Source: an uncultured Chloroflexia bacterium (GTDB lineage Bacteria > Chloroflexota > Dehalococcoidia > DSTF01 > WHTK01). From it: a DNA stretch of 64,000 nucleotides. Below the pieces are notes generated by a model. The model worked only from the letters and a program-made list of their open reading frames with translations, was not told where the DNA came from and searched no databases. Of the stretch, positions 9,660 through 19,534 are shown one piece after another. Every line of letters begins with the position of its first letter. Within the stretch, counting starts at the first letter, position 1. A program made the translations under genes and the position numbers. Location: positions 531,020-595,019 of the forward strand of contig CAVYAY010000001.1 of the NCBI GenBank assembly GCA_963766645.1, written 5' to 3'.

Positions 9660-9810
9660 TCCTAGGACCGTCCGTTACTATCGACTACCAAAAATTCCTT
9701 GGCTCACGCCGTATCGAAACGCGGTATCAATCTGACAATTACCGTTCGGGGCCTCGATCATACTTTATTCAATCGAAAGACCGTCCACACTCGTGATTTA
9801 GCCAAGATAA

Positions 9811-9840
9811 ACTGTGGCGCCTGGCATCAGGCGCCACAGT
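9811..9840 (-). terminator. Perfect 13-bp stem / 4-nt loop hairpin between the binding-protein and permease genes (attenuator or terminator)
   Basis: actgtggcgcctg-gcat-caggcgccacagt lies 25 nt after the binding-protein stop. On the minus strand it is followed by TTTATCTT. Confidence 0.5.
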
Positions 9841-9864
9841 CTCTAAATCAGAGCGTCGACGAGG

Positions 9865-11811
9865 TTAAGCAAGAGGCGGCTTACTCTCGTCAATCCACCA
9901 GTGCAGTCGGTGTTCCACCCATGGCTTTCCGGGCGGCGAATCAACCTCACCGTAGTTCACGAAGTAGCCATAGTTTCCAATGACCGGCCAAGTTAGGGCC
10001 CAGCTGGCTGTGTAAATCTGCGTCTGAATCAGATTAGCCTTCTCGGCCAGCATGCGCTGATAGTTCTTCGCGATTTCCTCTTGCTTCTTCATATCGAACT
10101 CTAGGAAGTAGCTCTCGATAAGCGAGGTGACCTCCGGATCGCCTGCAGCGGCAGAACCGCCGTTAACCGGTGCCCCGGCAAACGCTCGCCCGGCTGGGTG
10201 CATCACGTCGAACATGTGCTGACCTGCGAAGGGCGCCGGAGCTATGCGCCTCGTCGCCATGCCGCTAAATCCCTTGGTGTTACCGCCGCTGTACCCACCG
10301 TATATGTTGGGCAGGAAGTCGTTCTTATAATCGACCTGCTGTGGTTCAGCGTTAATCCCACCCTTCTTCAGGTGTTGCTGAACGATCGCGGTGAGATCGG
10401 CATAGGGGTAGATTTCTGCGTGCGCAGCGCTCAACAACAGGGGCGTCGTGAATCCGTCGGGATAGTTGGCTGCTGAAAGCAGCTTCTGGGCCTCATCCGG
10501 ATTGAAATTCACATACTTCGCTGTGGGTCCGTACTCCTCCTCATTGGTGGGGTCCAGCCAATATCCCTCGAACCCCCCAGGTAGCGGTGAAGGCATGCGG
10601 AACCTGACGTCAATTCCTTCTGCTGCAAAGGCGTCCTGCTGGGTCATCAAGTCCACGTACTCGTTCCTGTCGATGAGCATAGAGACGGCTTGACGCACCC
10701 GCTGGTCCCTGAATGGCTTTCCCACATCCCCTTCGTAGCCGAACACTACGTGGGCATGGCTACTCAGGTCGAATGCAAGGTCCTGCGTCAGCAGGAGATC
10801 AGGCAGATCCTTCTTCGTCGGCAAGATATCTTCGACTCTCTCGATGACGTTCGAGTAGATGCTGCCGGCACGGAACTGAGCCAGGCGGCTCGAGTACTCA
10901 GGCAGAATGGTCTGCTCTACAGTCTCGATGTAGGGTAGGCCCTTCACGTGGTAGTCGGGATTCCTGCGCCAGATCCAGCGCACAGCTGGCTCGTAGGTGT
11001 CCAGGAAGTACGGCCCGTAGCCACGCACATCCTTAACCGGGTCGAATCCGCCGTTAGTAGCCTCTCGAGGCATAACTGGTAAAGAGTTACTAATGGCAAA
11101 GAGGGTCAATAGGGCGGCGTTCGGTTGATGCAGATTGAACACCACTGTATGGGAATCAGGCGTTGAGAGAGACTCGATCGGGCCGTTCTGTGTCTTCTCG
11201 CTGTAGGCAAAAGAACCGCCAAAGGCGCTCAGCTGAGAGAACTTCTCCCAGGTTGCGGTCACGTCCTGCGCATCGATTTCCCGACCGCTGGTAGGCTCGC
11301 GCGAGTCCCATTTCAGGCCGCTGCGGAGCTTCATCGTCAACTGCGTACCGTCGCCAGAGTATTCGAAGCTTTCGACGATATCGCCTTCGACCTCGCCCTG
11401 CGGCGCGTCAGGGTACTTCCCAACTGCGAACTTCAACAGGCCCGGGTACGCGATTCGTCCTGGAGCCGCCTCCGGCGCCGATCGCGCCGCGGCCAGGTCA
11501 AAGCCGCCTTCACCGGTGAGTTCCGTCCCGCTCTCACTCAGGTTGCCACCAACTTTGGCGCTGGACGTTGAGTCTTGCGGTATGTAAACTAGGCCGCTAT
11601 TCGCCGCTGCGCCGCCGCCGCTACTGCCGGAGCCACCCGGGGGGGTACTAGCGCCGCTGCTACTGGAACTACCCGAGCTGGAGCTACTGCTGGAATCGTC
11701 ATCGCCACCGCAAGCAGCCAGGAACAACGCGCTGGCAGTCAAACCAGAACCTGCAACCAGGACTCGCCGCCTGCCGACTCGCTGTTGTGTGTATCTCTTC
11801 CAGTAAGACAT
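9865..11811 (-). CDS. ABC transporter substrate-binding lipoprotein, family 5 (DppA/OppA-like)
   Basis: Twin-arginine/lipobox N-terminus MSYWKRYTQQRVGRRRVLVAGSGLTASALFLAAC followed by a Ser/Gly linker. Length and body are typical of SBP_bac_5. Start trimmed to ATG 11811, preceded by GGAGGAG. Confidence 0.8.
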   Translation of the reverse strand: MSYWKRYTQQRVGRRRVLVAGSGLTASALFLAACGGDDDSSSSSSSGSSSSSGASTPPGGSGSSGGGAAANSGLVYIPQDSTSSAKVGGNLSESGTELTGEGGFDLAAARSAPEAAPGRIAYPGLLKFAVGKYPDAPQGEVEGDIVESFEYSGDGTQLTMKLRSGLKWDSREPTSGREIDAQDVTATWEKFSQLSAFGGSFAYSEKTQNGPIESLSTPDSHTVVFNLHQPNAALLTLFAISNSLPVMPREATNGGFDPVKDVRGYGPYFLDTYEPAVRWIWRRNPDYHVKGLPYIETVEQTILPEYSSRLAQFRAGSIYSNVIERVEDILPTKKDLPDLLLTQDLAFDLSSHAHVVFGYEGDVGKPFRDQRVRQAVSMLIDRNEYVDLMTQQDAFAAEGIDVRFRMPSPLPGGFEGYWLDPTNEEEYGPTAKYVNFNPDEAQKLLSAANYPDGFTTPLLLSAAHAEIYPYADLTAIVQQHLKKGGINAEPQQVDYKNDFLPNIYGGYSGGNTKGFSGMATRRIAPAPFAGQHMFDVMHPAGRAFAGAPVNGGSAAAGDPEVTSLIESYFLEFDMKKQEEIAKNYQRMLAEKANLIQTQIYTASWALTWPVIGNYGYFVNYGEVDSPPGKPWVEHRLHWWIDESKPPLA

Positions 11812-12077
11812 TCCTTGCTCCTCCTGGCGAAGACTCGCCCTTGACCCGGACACTAGTGACCATCGCAGAACCAACCGCTGATGGCAGAATCTTGAGCTGC
11901 CCCCACTCCGTCTTCTCGCTGGGTGGTTGAAGCGAACCGAATCGACTCGAAGTGCCGGTTAGTCGAGAGTCTGACTCCGCTCGGGAGCCGCCAACAACGT
12001 CTATGTCAATTTGTTATGAAAGGTGAGTCTGAGTTCTATAGTCTGATGTCAACGAGTAATCGTGATAAACGATTACT

Positions 12078-13442
12078 TTAGGCTTGTTCGGTTTGACTGA
12101 GTCCGGCATTGGCAATCCGAAGCTTGAAATCAGAATCGATCTCAACGAGCCGCTCGTGGTCCAGGAGGGTGGAGAGGGAGACGGGGAATGGACGCGGTAA
12201 TTGAGCCGGAGACCCACCGAAGGCCGCGACTTCACCTAGTCGGGAGATGCGCTCAGGCGTGTAGCCAAGAAGGCTTCGCAAGACCAGCTCGTTATGCTCG
12301 CTAAAGCCAGGTGCGCGGAGCCTCACTCCGTGCGCGCTCTCGCTGAAATGCCAGGCGGCTCCCGGATGGGGCTTCGGCTCGATACCGGCACTCGCTGGAT
12401 GGCCGAACCATCGGAAGAAATCACGCGCCTTCAAGTGCTCATTCAGCACGAGATCACGCCCGTCAAGCACGGCCCCCGCCGGAATTCCCTGTGACTGCAG
12501 GCTCCACATCAGCGACATAGGCTCCTTCCCGCGTGTCCAGTCACCCAATTGCTGCTCGAGTTCGTCCAGGCTTTCTAGCCGTCCGGCGGCAGATTCGAAG
12601 CACTGGGCGGCGGCCCACTGCGGGTCGCCCATCGCGGCGCGTAGGCCACGAAATTGATCGTCCGTAGTGACCGCGATCGCGATCCAGCGGTCGTTGCCGC
12701 GGCATGGGAAGATCCCGTGCGGTGCAATGGCCGGGTGGCGGTTGGCTCGCCTCGTCGGCGATACCTCGTTAGCTGCCGCGTCCAGGAAGTGCTCGCCGAT
12801 CAAGGAAGCCTGCGCTTCAACCTGAGACAGGTCGATGGCCGAACCCTTGCCGGTACGTCGTCTTCGGAAGAGGGCCAGCAGCACAGCAAGCACGGCCTGT
12901 TCCGCGGCGACGTAGTCGGTATGCGGCACGTCCGGCAGCACAGGTGGACCGTCCGCGTATCCCGTAAGCGAGGCCAGTCCGGACGCCCCCTCCGTGGTCG
13001 GGTTCGCCGCGCGGTAATTTGCCCACGGGCCCGTGTGTCCGTATCCGGTTGACGAGAGCATGATCAGACGCGGGTTGATCTCTTGCAGCGATTCGTAATC
13101 GAAACCGAAGTTCGTCATGACTCGTGGCGTGTAGTTCTCCATCAGGACGTCGCTGACCCGGACCAGGTCGATGAACACTTCGCGGGCTTCGGGGACCCTC
13201 AGGTCTAGCGAGATGCCCAGCTTGCCGCGGTTTTCGTTGTAGAAAGTCCCGCCTCGGTCCCAATAATTTTCGCCGGGCTCGTTGTCCGGGAAAGAGGTGC
13301 GTCGGTATGAGTCGAGGCGGAGCGGCGACTCGACTTTGATGACCTCCGCCCCCAGATCGGCCAACATCCGCGCGGCGAAGGGCACGGCGAGCAGCTGACC
13401 AACCTCAATGATACGAATGCCGGCAAGTGGGGCCTTCTTCAT
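12078..13442 (-). CDS. Family III CoA-transferase (CaiB/BaiF/Frc family)
   Basis: N-terminus MKKAPLAGIRIIEVGQLLAVPFAARMLADLGAEVIKVESP. Start ATG 13442 overlaps the upstream TGA as ATGA. Confidence 0.85.
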   Translation of the reverse strand: MKKAPLAGIRIIEVGQLLAVPFAARMLADLGAEVIKVESPLRLDSYRRTSFPDNEPGENYWDRGGTFYNENRGKLGISLDLRVPEAREVFIDLVRVSDVLMENYTPRVMTNFGFDYESLQEINPRLIMLSSTGYGHTGPWANYRAANPTTEGASGLASLTGYADGPPVLPDVPHTDYVAAEQAVLAVLLALFRRRRTGKGSAIDLSQVEAQASLIGEHFLDAAANEVSPTRRANRHPAIAPHGIFPCRGNDRWIAIAVTTDDQFRGLRAAMGDPQWAAAQCFESAAGRLESLDELEQQLGDWTRGKEPMSLMWSLQSQGIPAGAVLDGRDLVLNEHLKARDFFRWFGHPASAGIEPKPHPGAAWHFSESAHGVRLRAPGFSEHNELVLRSLLGYTPERISRLGEVAAFGGSPAQLPRPFPVSLSTLLDHERLVEIDSDFKLRIANAGLSQTEQA

Positions 13443-14518
13443 AGCACGAACGGGCCTCTTGGTGCAGTGAGCAGACGGCCATCGCGGCTTTCGATCTCGC
13501 GGAAGAAACCGCGCGCTCCGTGCTGCTCGCACTCAAGGGCCTGGGCCGGTGTCATCACGATACCTCCGTTCATGCCCCAGAGTTGTGTGCCCTCGAAGAA
13601 ATCGGCCATTCGCCACGTCTTGAGACGCTCGGACAGCAGCCGCGAGAGCTCCTCCCGGTGCTCCTCGCGTCCTTCGCCTGTCGCGAACTTATCGTCCGCC
13701 AGTTCCGGTGCCTCCATGAAGCGCGCGAAATCTTGGAATTGAGTGCCTAGCCCGGAAGGGATCACGTAACCATCTGCGCAGGGCGTGACCTTCCCGGCGC
13801 CGCCCGCGGCCCGGTCGCTACGACGCCGCACTGCGCCCATATAGGTGTAGTCGGCTATCGTCTCGCGAAGCGCTGAGGCCACCATCTCCATCAGAGAGAT
13901 GTCGACGTGCTCCCCCTCGTCATCGCAGTTGAGAAGGGCGGCGACCGTCGCGCTTGCCGCCACTACGCCACCGCGGTACTCTGCCTGCGGATTGCCGTGG
14001 ATAAGCGGCTCGCGCAACGGATGACCATGGACCAGCGCTGCGCCACCGAGAGCCGTCACGACGATGTCCGTCGCCAAAAAGTCACGATAAGGACCTGTCT
14101 GACCGAAGCCGGTGATTGAGGTCAGGATGAGGCGAGGATTAGCATCATGCAGCCTCTCCCAACCAAGGCCCCATTCGTCCAGCGTGCCCGGCGTGAAGGA
14201 CTCAACAACCACGTCGGCGTCTCGGACGAGCTCAAGCAACTGCTCGCAGCCCTCGTCTGACATCAGGTCAAGCGCCAGGCTCGGCTTGGCGTGGTTGAGA
14301 TAGAGGAAGAAGAGGCTCTCGCGTGAGCCGTCGGCGGCTTCGAGGAAGGGCGGCGTGTCCCGTAATGGATCGCCGCCGGGCCCTTCAATCCGAGTCACAC
14401 TGGCGCCGTAGTCGGCAAGGAGCCGGGTGCAATACGGCCCAGACACACCCGTTGAGAGGTCAATAACCCTGACCCCCTCGAGGACTGGCGCGTCCTGGGC
14501 GTCATCTGAGGCAGCCAT
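13439..14518 (-). CDS. Family III CoA-transferase
   Basis: LEGVRVIDLSTGVSGPYCTRLLADYGASVTRIEGP. Start trimmed to M39 of the track ORF (ATG 14518). Confidence 0.8.
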   Translation of the reverse strand: MAASDDAQDAPVLEGVRVIDLSTGVSGPYCTRLLADYGASVTRIEGPGGDPLRDTPPFLEAADGSRESLFFLYLNHAKPSLALDLMSDEGCEQLLELVRDADVVVESFTPGTLDEWGLGWERLHDANPRLILTSITGFGQTGPYRDFLATDIVVTALGGAALVHGHPLREPLIHGNPQAEYRGGVVAASATVAALLNCDDEGEHVDISLMEMVASALRETIADYTYMGAVRRRSDRAAGGAGKVTPCADGYVIPSGLGTQFQDFARFMEAPELADDKFATGEGREEHREELSRLLSERLKTWRMADFFEGTQLWGMNGGIVMTPAQALECEQHGARGFFREIESRDGRLLTAPRGPFVL

Positions 14519-14570
14519 GTTCAGCGCCCTCTCGTCACGTGCCCGAGTGAGGTCACGCGAGCTCCCGGTT

Positions 14571-15340
14571 CTACCTGACCTTCCACTCTGCCGGCCGCTT
14601 CTCCGCAAACGATTTCGGTCCCTCGATCGCATCCTCAGCCTGCACCAGGCGCTCGTAGATTAGCTGCACCAGCGGGGCCACCGCGTCGGGTGGGTTACCA
14701 ATGGCGCGTGTGACCATCTCCTTCGCGGCCCGTACTGCTAAGGGTGAGTTCTCGCAGATCGACTGGCCCATCTCATCGCGGCGGCCATGAGTTGATCGGC
14801 CGGGACGACCTTGTTGACCAACCCCGCCTCGTAGGCGCGCGCCGCGCTAATCTGCTTCGCGGTAAATAGCATCTCCAGCAGAAGAGTTTTCGGGATTTCA
14901 CCCAGCAGACTCGGCGCAAAGCCTGCCATCAGACTCCAGCGCGCCTCCGGCAGACCAAACGTGGCGCTTTCCGAAGCGATGCGCAGATCGCAGCGAAGCA
15001 TTCGCGCGAAGCCACCGCCAAGGGCGTAGCCGTTCACGGCTGCAATGATCGGCTTCCAGCTTTCCTGCGCGGGACGAGCACGGCGGGCGGGCGGGCGGAC
15101 GGGCTTGCCTTCAGCGCTCTCTTCTGCTGTCCGCTTGAGGTCGCGGCCCACCGAGAATGCCCGGCCGGTCCCTGTGATAATCGCAACCCACATATCGTCG
15201 TCGCTGCGAAAGTCCTCTTCGAACTCAGCCATGAGGGAGCCGGCCTCCGAGCTCAGCGCGTTGAGCCGCTCGGGACGGTTCATTGTGATGATTGCGATGT
15301 GGTCGTCCCGTTTCTCGTACAGGACCTGCGGCTCGCTCAT
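14571..15340 (-). pseudogene. Enoyl-CoA hydratase/isomerase (crotonase) interrupted by a single frameshift near 14763
   Basis: [29 protein letters not shown]... in ORF 14738..15790 continues as ...[16 protein letters not shown]...AEKRPAEWKVR in ORF 14571..14771. It is collinear with the intact paralog 23880..24647. The span is 770 nt, not a multiple of 3. GAGGAG lies upstream of ATG 15340. Confidence 0.7.
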
Positions 15341-15521
15341 GGAATTTCTCCTCTGCTCTTCGTCAGGTAAGACGGCAGCTACATTCCGCCAGCCTGTCGG
15401 ACTCGTCAAGGTCGCAAACAAACTGGCATGGGGACTGGCCGTACCTGCCACTCGTTCGTATAACCCGTGCGACTGTTGCGCGCTATACTCGCCCAACTCC
15501 CGAAATGGAAGAGTTCGCACC

Positions 15522-16864
15522 GTGTTCGTAATCGGAACCGCCGGCCATGTCGACCACGGCAAGTCGCTGCTGATCGAAGCGTTGACCGGCATCGATCCCG
15601 ACCGCCTGCGCGAAGAAAAGAAGCGCGGCATGACCATCGACCTTGGATTCGCTTGGTTAAAGCTGCCGTCCGGGACTGAGGTCAGCATCGTCGATGTCCC
15701 GGGCCACGAGCGGTTCATCAAGAACATGCTGGCCGGTGTGGGCGGCGTCGACCTCGCGCTCCTGGTCGTGGCCGCTGACGAAGGCGTCATGCCTCAGACG
15801 CGAGAGCATCTTGCGATCCTGGACCTGCTGGGCGCTGAGCGGTGCGTCGTTCCGCTCACCAAGTCCGACCTCGTGGATGACGACTGGATCGAGCTAGTTT
15901 GCAGCGAAGTTCAGGCCGTTGTGTGCAAGTCGTCGCTTGTGCGCTCACCCATCGTGCCTTGCTCCGCCGTTACGGGCCCGGGGCCTCCCGGAGCTTATCG
16001 CCGCAATCGAGGAGAAGATCCATAGTCGAGACGCAGGCCCGCCGCGTGTCCCGGCGTCACGCTGACCTCGACCGGCACGCGTCGCAGGTCAACGGCTCCC
16101 CGGAAGACGCTCTCTACGCCACAATCGCGTCGCCGCAGCCCGTCGAGCCTCCGCGCGTCCATGCCCGGATCGACATCGATCCCGGCCGGGCCGAGGACCT
16201 GCTGCAGTCGCTGATCGCGGACGGCCGAGTCGTCCGGCTGGCGGCCGACGACGGCGGTTTCCTGCTCACACATGATCGTTGCGAGGCGCTGACGCGGCAG
16301 GCGGTTGAGATCGCCATGACTTCGTTGCGGGACCGTCCCTTGCGTTCCGGCTTCCCCAAGGAGGAGCTACGCAGTCGTCTTGACCTCTCGCCCGTCCTTC
16401 ACGGCCTCCTGCTCGCCCGCTGGCACTCCGAGGGCATCTTCATCGAGACAGGGCGGAACGTCGCCCCGCCGGACTGGCAGCCTAATCTCACCCAGGCGCA
16501 GCTCGACATCTGCCGGCGTTACATCGCCGGCGTCGCGCCGTTTTTGCCACCCCTCACGGAGCGCCCGGATGATGAACTGGTTTCGCATCTGGTCGATTCC
16601 GGGCGCGTGGTGGAAACCGACGATGACGTCGTCTTCGAGGCGGGCGCGTATCACCGGATGGTTGACTCCATTGCCGAGAGGCTCGCGGATGGACGCCTCT
16701 TCAGCGCGGCCGAGGTCCGAGACCTCTTCGGGACATCCCGGCGCTATGTCTTGTCGCTGCTCAGCTACCTCGACTCGCAACGCGTCAGGCTTCGACGCGG
16801 CGACGACCGGGCGGCTGGGCCAAACCTGACGAAAGCCAAATCGCTCGGATCCTCGCGCGAATAA
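15522..16864 (+). pseudogene. selB: selB-like remnant: GTPase domain and C-terminal winged-helix region of the selenocysteine-specific elongation factor, lacking domains II-III and spread over three frames
   Basis: From GTG 15522: [23 protein letters not shown]...[15 protein letters not shown]...PLTKSDL (G1-G4 motifs). After ~15985 the sequence [24 protein letters not shown] is in another frame and stops at 16063. The third frame (to 16864) carries the SelB C-terminal motif FSAAEVRDLFGTSRRYVLSLLSYLDSQRVRLRRGDDR. Total is ~447 codons, against the ~600+ expected from my recollection of bacterial SelB. Confidence 0.65.
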
Positions 16865-16865
16865 C

Positions 16866-18134
16866 TTATCGCAGCGGTGCGGTGCCGATAATCTGCTCCG
16901 CCTCCAGCTTGTCCAGTTCTTCGTCGGTCAGGCCCAGCAGGTTGTTCAGCACCGATCGGTTGTGCTCGCCAAGGCCCGGGGCGTGGCGTCTGACCCTCGC
17001 TGCCACACCGTCGATCTTCACGGGCACACCCACGGTCAGCTCGTCGCCGGTCCAGGGCCCGGGGACAGTTTCCAGGATCCCGCGACTTTGCACGTGTTCG
17101 TCGTGGACCAGGTCCTCGATCGTGAAAATGGCCTCCGCCGGCACGCCATGGGCCTGCAGCAGCGTCATCGCTGCCTTCCGCTCCCTCGTGGTCGTCCACT
17201 CCTCGATGAGCCTATCGAGGCTGTCCTGATTCTCGATCCGTCGACGCATCGTCGCGAAGCGCTCGTCGTCCGCAAGCTCCGGTCGCCCCATTGCCTCACA
17301 GAGCGCTTTCCACTCGTCTTCGTGGCTGATGGAGACGACCAGCCATTCGTCGACGCCCTGGCAGCGATAGCATCCGTGGGGTGACTTGAAGCGATGCCGG
17401 TTGGCCGTCGTCTCGAGCACGCGGTTGTTCATCTGGTACTCGAGCACGAGCTCTGGTAAGCAGGCGATCATGGCCTCCGACTGTGCCAGGTCGATGAAGA
17501 CGCCTTTGCCGGTGCGTCGGCGGTGGAATAGCGCCGCGAAGAGCCCTGCTGCCGCGAAAGACCCGTTGATCGGATCTGCGTAAAACTCACCCGTCTCCAG
17601 GTACTCGCCCGGTTTGTAACCTGTGAGACTGATCAGTCCAGAGACTGCCTCCTGCACCGGTCCGTAGGAGAGATAATGCGACTCCGGGCCCTTCGAGCCA
17701 AACCCCGGCATCGACATCATGATCAGGTCCGGCTTAATCTCACGCAGGGCTTCATAGTCGATCCCAAAACGCCTCATGACACCAACGCTGTAGTTCTCCA
17801 CAACCACGTCGGAAATCGCCACGAGACGCTTGAACAGGTCAACGCCGGTAGCGGTTGTCAGGTCGAGCGTAATGCCCAGCTTGTTGCAGTTGACCTGGTT
17901 GAATCGTGCCGCTCGGTTGAAATAGGCATCATCGGGGCCGGCTGCCGTCCGGTTGCGAAACGAGATGCGTTCCGAGTCCGGGTGTTGGATCGATTCGACC
18001 TTGATCACTTCGGCGCCCATGTCTGCCAGCCAGCGCGTCGCATAGGGGCCGGCCCACACCTGGGTCACGTCGAGCACGCGAATGCCTTCGAGAGGCAAGT
18101 TTGCCATCCCGTCCTCCCCTGTCGTCGCCATCAC
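16866..18134 (-). CDS. Family III CoA-transferase
   Basis: LEGIRVLDVTQVWAGPYATRWLADMGAEVIKVES. C-terminus GLGEHNRSVLNNLLGLTDEELDKL. GTGA overlap with the upstream gene. Confidence 0.85.
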   Translation of the reverse strand: MMATTGEDGMANLPLEGIRVLDVTQVWAGPYATRWLADMGAEVIKVESIQHPDSERISFRNRTAAGPDDAYFNRAARFNQVNCNKLGITLDLTTATGVDLFKRLVAISDVVVENYSVGVMRRFGIDYEALREIKPDLIMMSMPGFGSKGPESHYLSYGPVQEAVSGLISLTGYKPGEYLETGEFYADPINGSFAAAGLFAALFHRRRTGKGVFIDLAQSEAMIACLPELVLEYQMNNRVLETTANRHRFKSPHGCYRCQGVDEWLVVSISHEDEWKALCEAMGRPELADDERFATMRRRIENQDSLDRLIEEWTTTRERKAAMTLLQAHGVPAEAIFTIEDLVHDEHVQSRGILETVPGPWTGDELTVGVPVKIDGVAARVRRHAPGLGEHNRSVLNNLLGLTDEELDKLEAEQIIGTAPLR

Positions 18135-19349
18135 ATAGCGCCCTGCTGATTCAGCACCATGAGGTCGTGTCCTGTAAGGCCCAGCTCACCCAGCAAAGCG
18201 GCGTTGTGCTCGCCAAGTGTTGGCCCCCTGACCGACCGTGGTAGCTCCGCTCCCGTTACCACGTAGGGCGTCCCCGGCATCTTGATCGCGCCGCCTGGCA
18301 AGTCGGCCTGCCAGAAATAGCCCCGAGTTTCGAGCTGCTTGGATGCCAGGAGGTCCGGCCCCGTGGCGACCATCCCGGCCGGCAGCCGGTGTTCCTGGGC
18401 AATGCGGGTAACCTCGGCCTTTGAGTGCTCAACCAGCCAAGGCAGCGTGTACGCCTCGATTTCGTCCGCATGGGATCCGCGAGTTGCGCGAATCCCGGAA
18501 GCGCGCGTCGTCGAGCTCCTCAGCGCCGACCATGTCGATGAAGTCGTCCCACCAGTCGCGTGCCATGATGAGCGAGAAGACGACGCTACCGTCCGCCGCC
18601 GGAAGAATCCCGGCCGGGAAGGCCCGCCCTCGGTCGCCGACGCGCTGCGGCACGGCGCCAGTCGCCGAGTATCTGCGGACGGAGCTGCCGTGCAGCGTGC
18701 AGAAGCTCTCCAGCACCGAGACGTCCACGTGCGTGCCTTCGCCCGTCGCCTCGCGCTGGTACAGCGCCGCCAGCGTCCCGCTCAGCGCCGTCGTCGCGGC
18801 GATGTACTGGGCGAAGTTGCCTCCCTTCTTCAACGGCGGCTTGTCCGCTTCGCCGGCGATGAACATCTCGCCGCTGATTGCGTGGATTCCAATCTCGTCC
18901 GCTTTGTAGTCGCGGTAAGGGCCCGTCTGACCAAAGTTGGAGATCGAGGTGACCACCAACCGGCGATTCGCCTGCCGGAGTTGTTCGTAGCTCAGGCCCA
19001 GAATCGGCATCACGCGCGGCTCGAAGTTCTCGATCAGGACATCGGCTTTTGCGGCCAGCTTGAGCAGAAGGTCCCTTCCTTCCGACGTCTTGAGATTGAG
19101 CGTCACCCCCAGCTTGTTGCCGTTGAGGTAGTGAAACAGCCCACTCTGCTCGCGGTCCGGGATGTCGTCGCGAAACGGGCCCAGGTCTCGCGAAGCATCT
19201 CCCCACGGCGGCTCGACTTTGATGACCGTGGCGCCGAGACTTCCCGTCAGCCGGGCGCAGTAAGGGCCCGAAATGTAATGACCGAGGTCGATTACCGTGA
19301 GGCCTCCAAGAAGGCCGGAGCCCCTATCAAGCTCTCGCGTGTCTGCCAT
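18131..19349 (-). pseudogene. Family III CoA-transferase with one frameshift in a GGG/CCC run at 18472..18474
   Basis: N-part is ORF 18429..19349 (LGGLTVIDLGHYISGPYCARLTGSLGATVIKVEPP). The C-part continues in another frame (HADEIEAYTLPWLVEHSKAEVTRIAQEHRLPAGMVATG...TLGEHNAALLGELGLTGHDL) into ORF 18131..18373. The span is 1219 nt. Confidence 0.7.
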
Positions 19350-19534
19350 TAAACCCCCTCCGACTGCCCCGAGGCAGCGCGGATCATAGCAGCGGCCCGA
19401 TACCCGTTCGATGGGTATAACCGCTGCTTTGGGGAGATTCTTGCCTATTCAGCGCCCCGCCACGTCCAATCCGCCCGCTCCGAATCATACCGTTTGGTTA
19501 TCGACGACCGGCTTCCGAGCTTCGAGTCCATAGA

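Noticed and set aside
15045-15521. N-terminal 159 codons of track ORF 15045..16025, which would make a longer SelB.
   Set aside because: This part is antisense to the crotonase gene and is compositionally junk. The canonical SelB N-terminus (V/M[12 protein letters not shown]) begins at GTG 15522.
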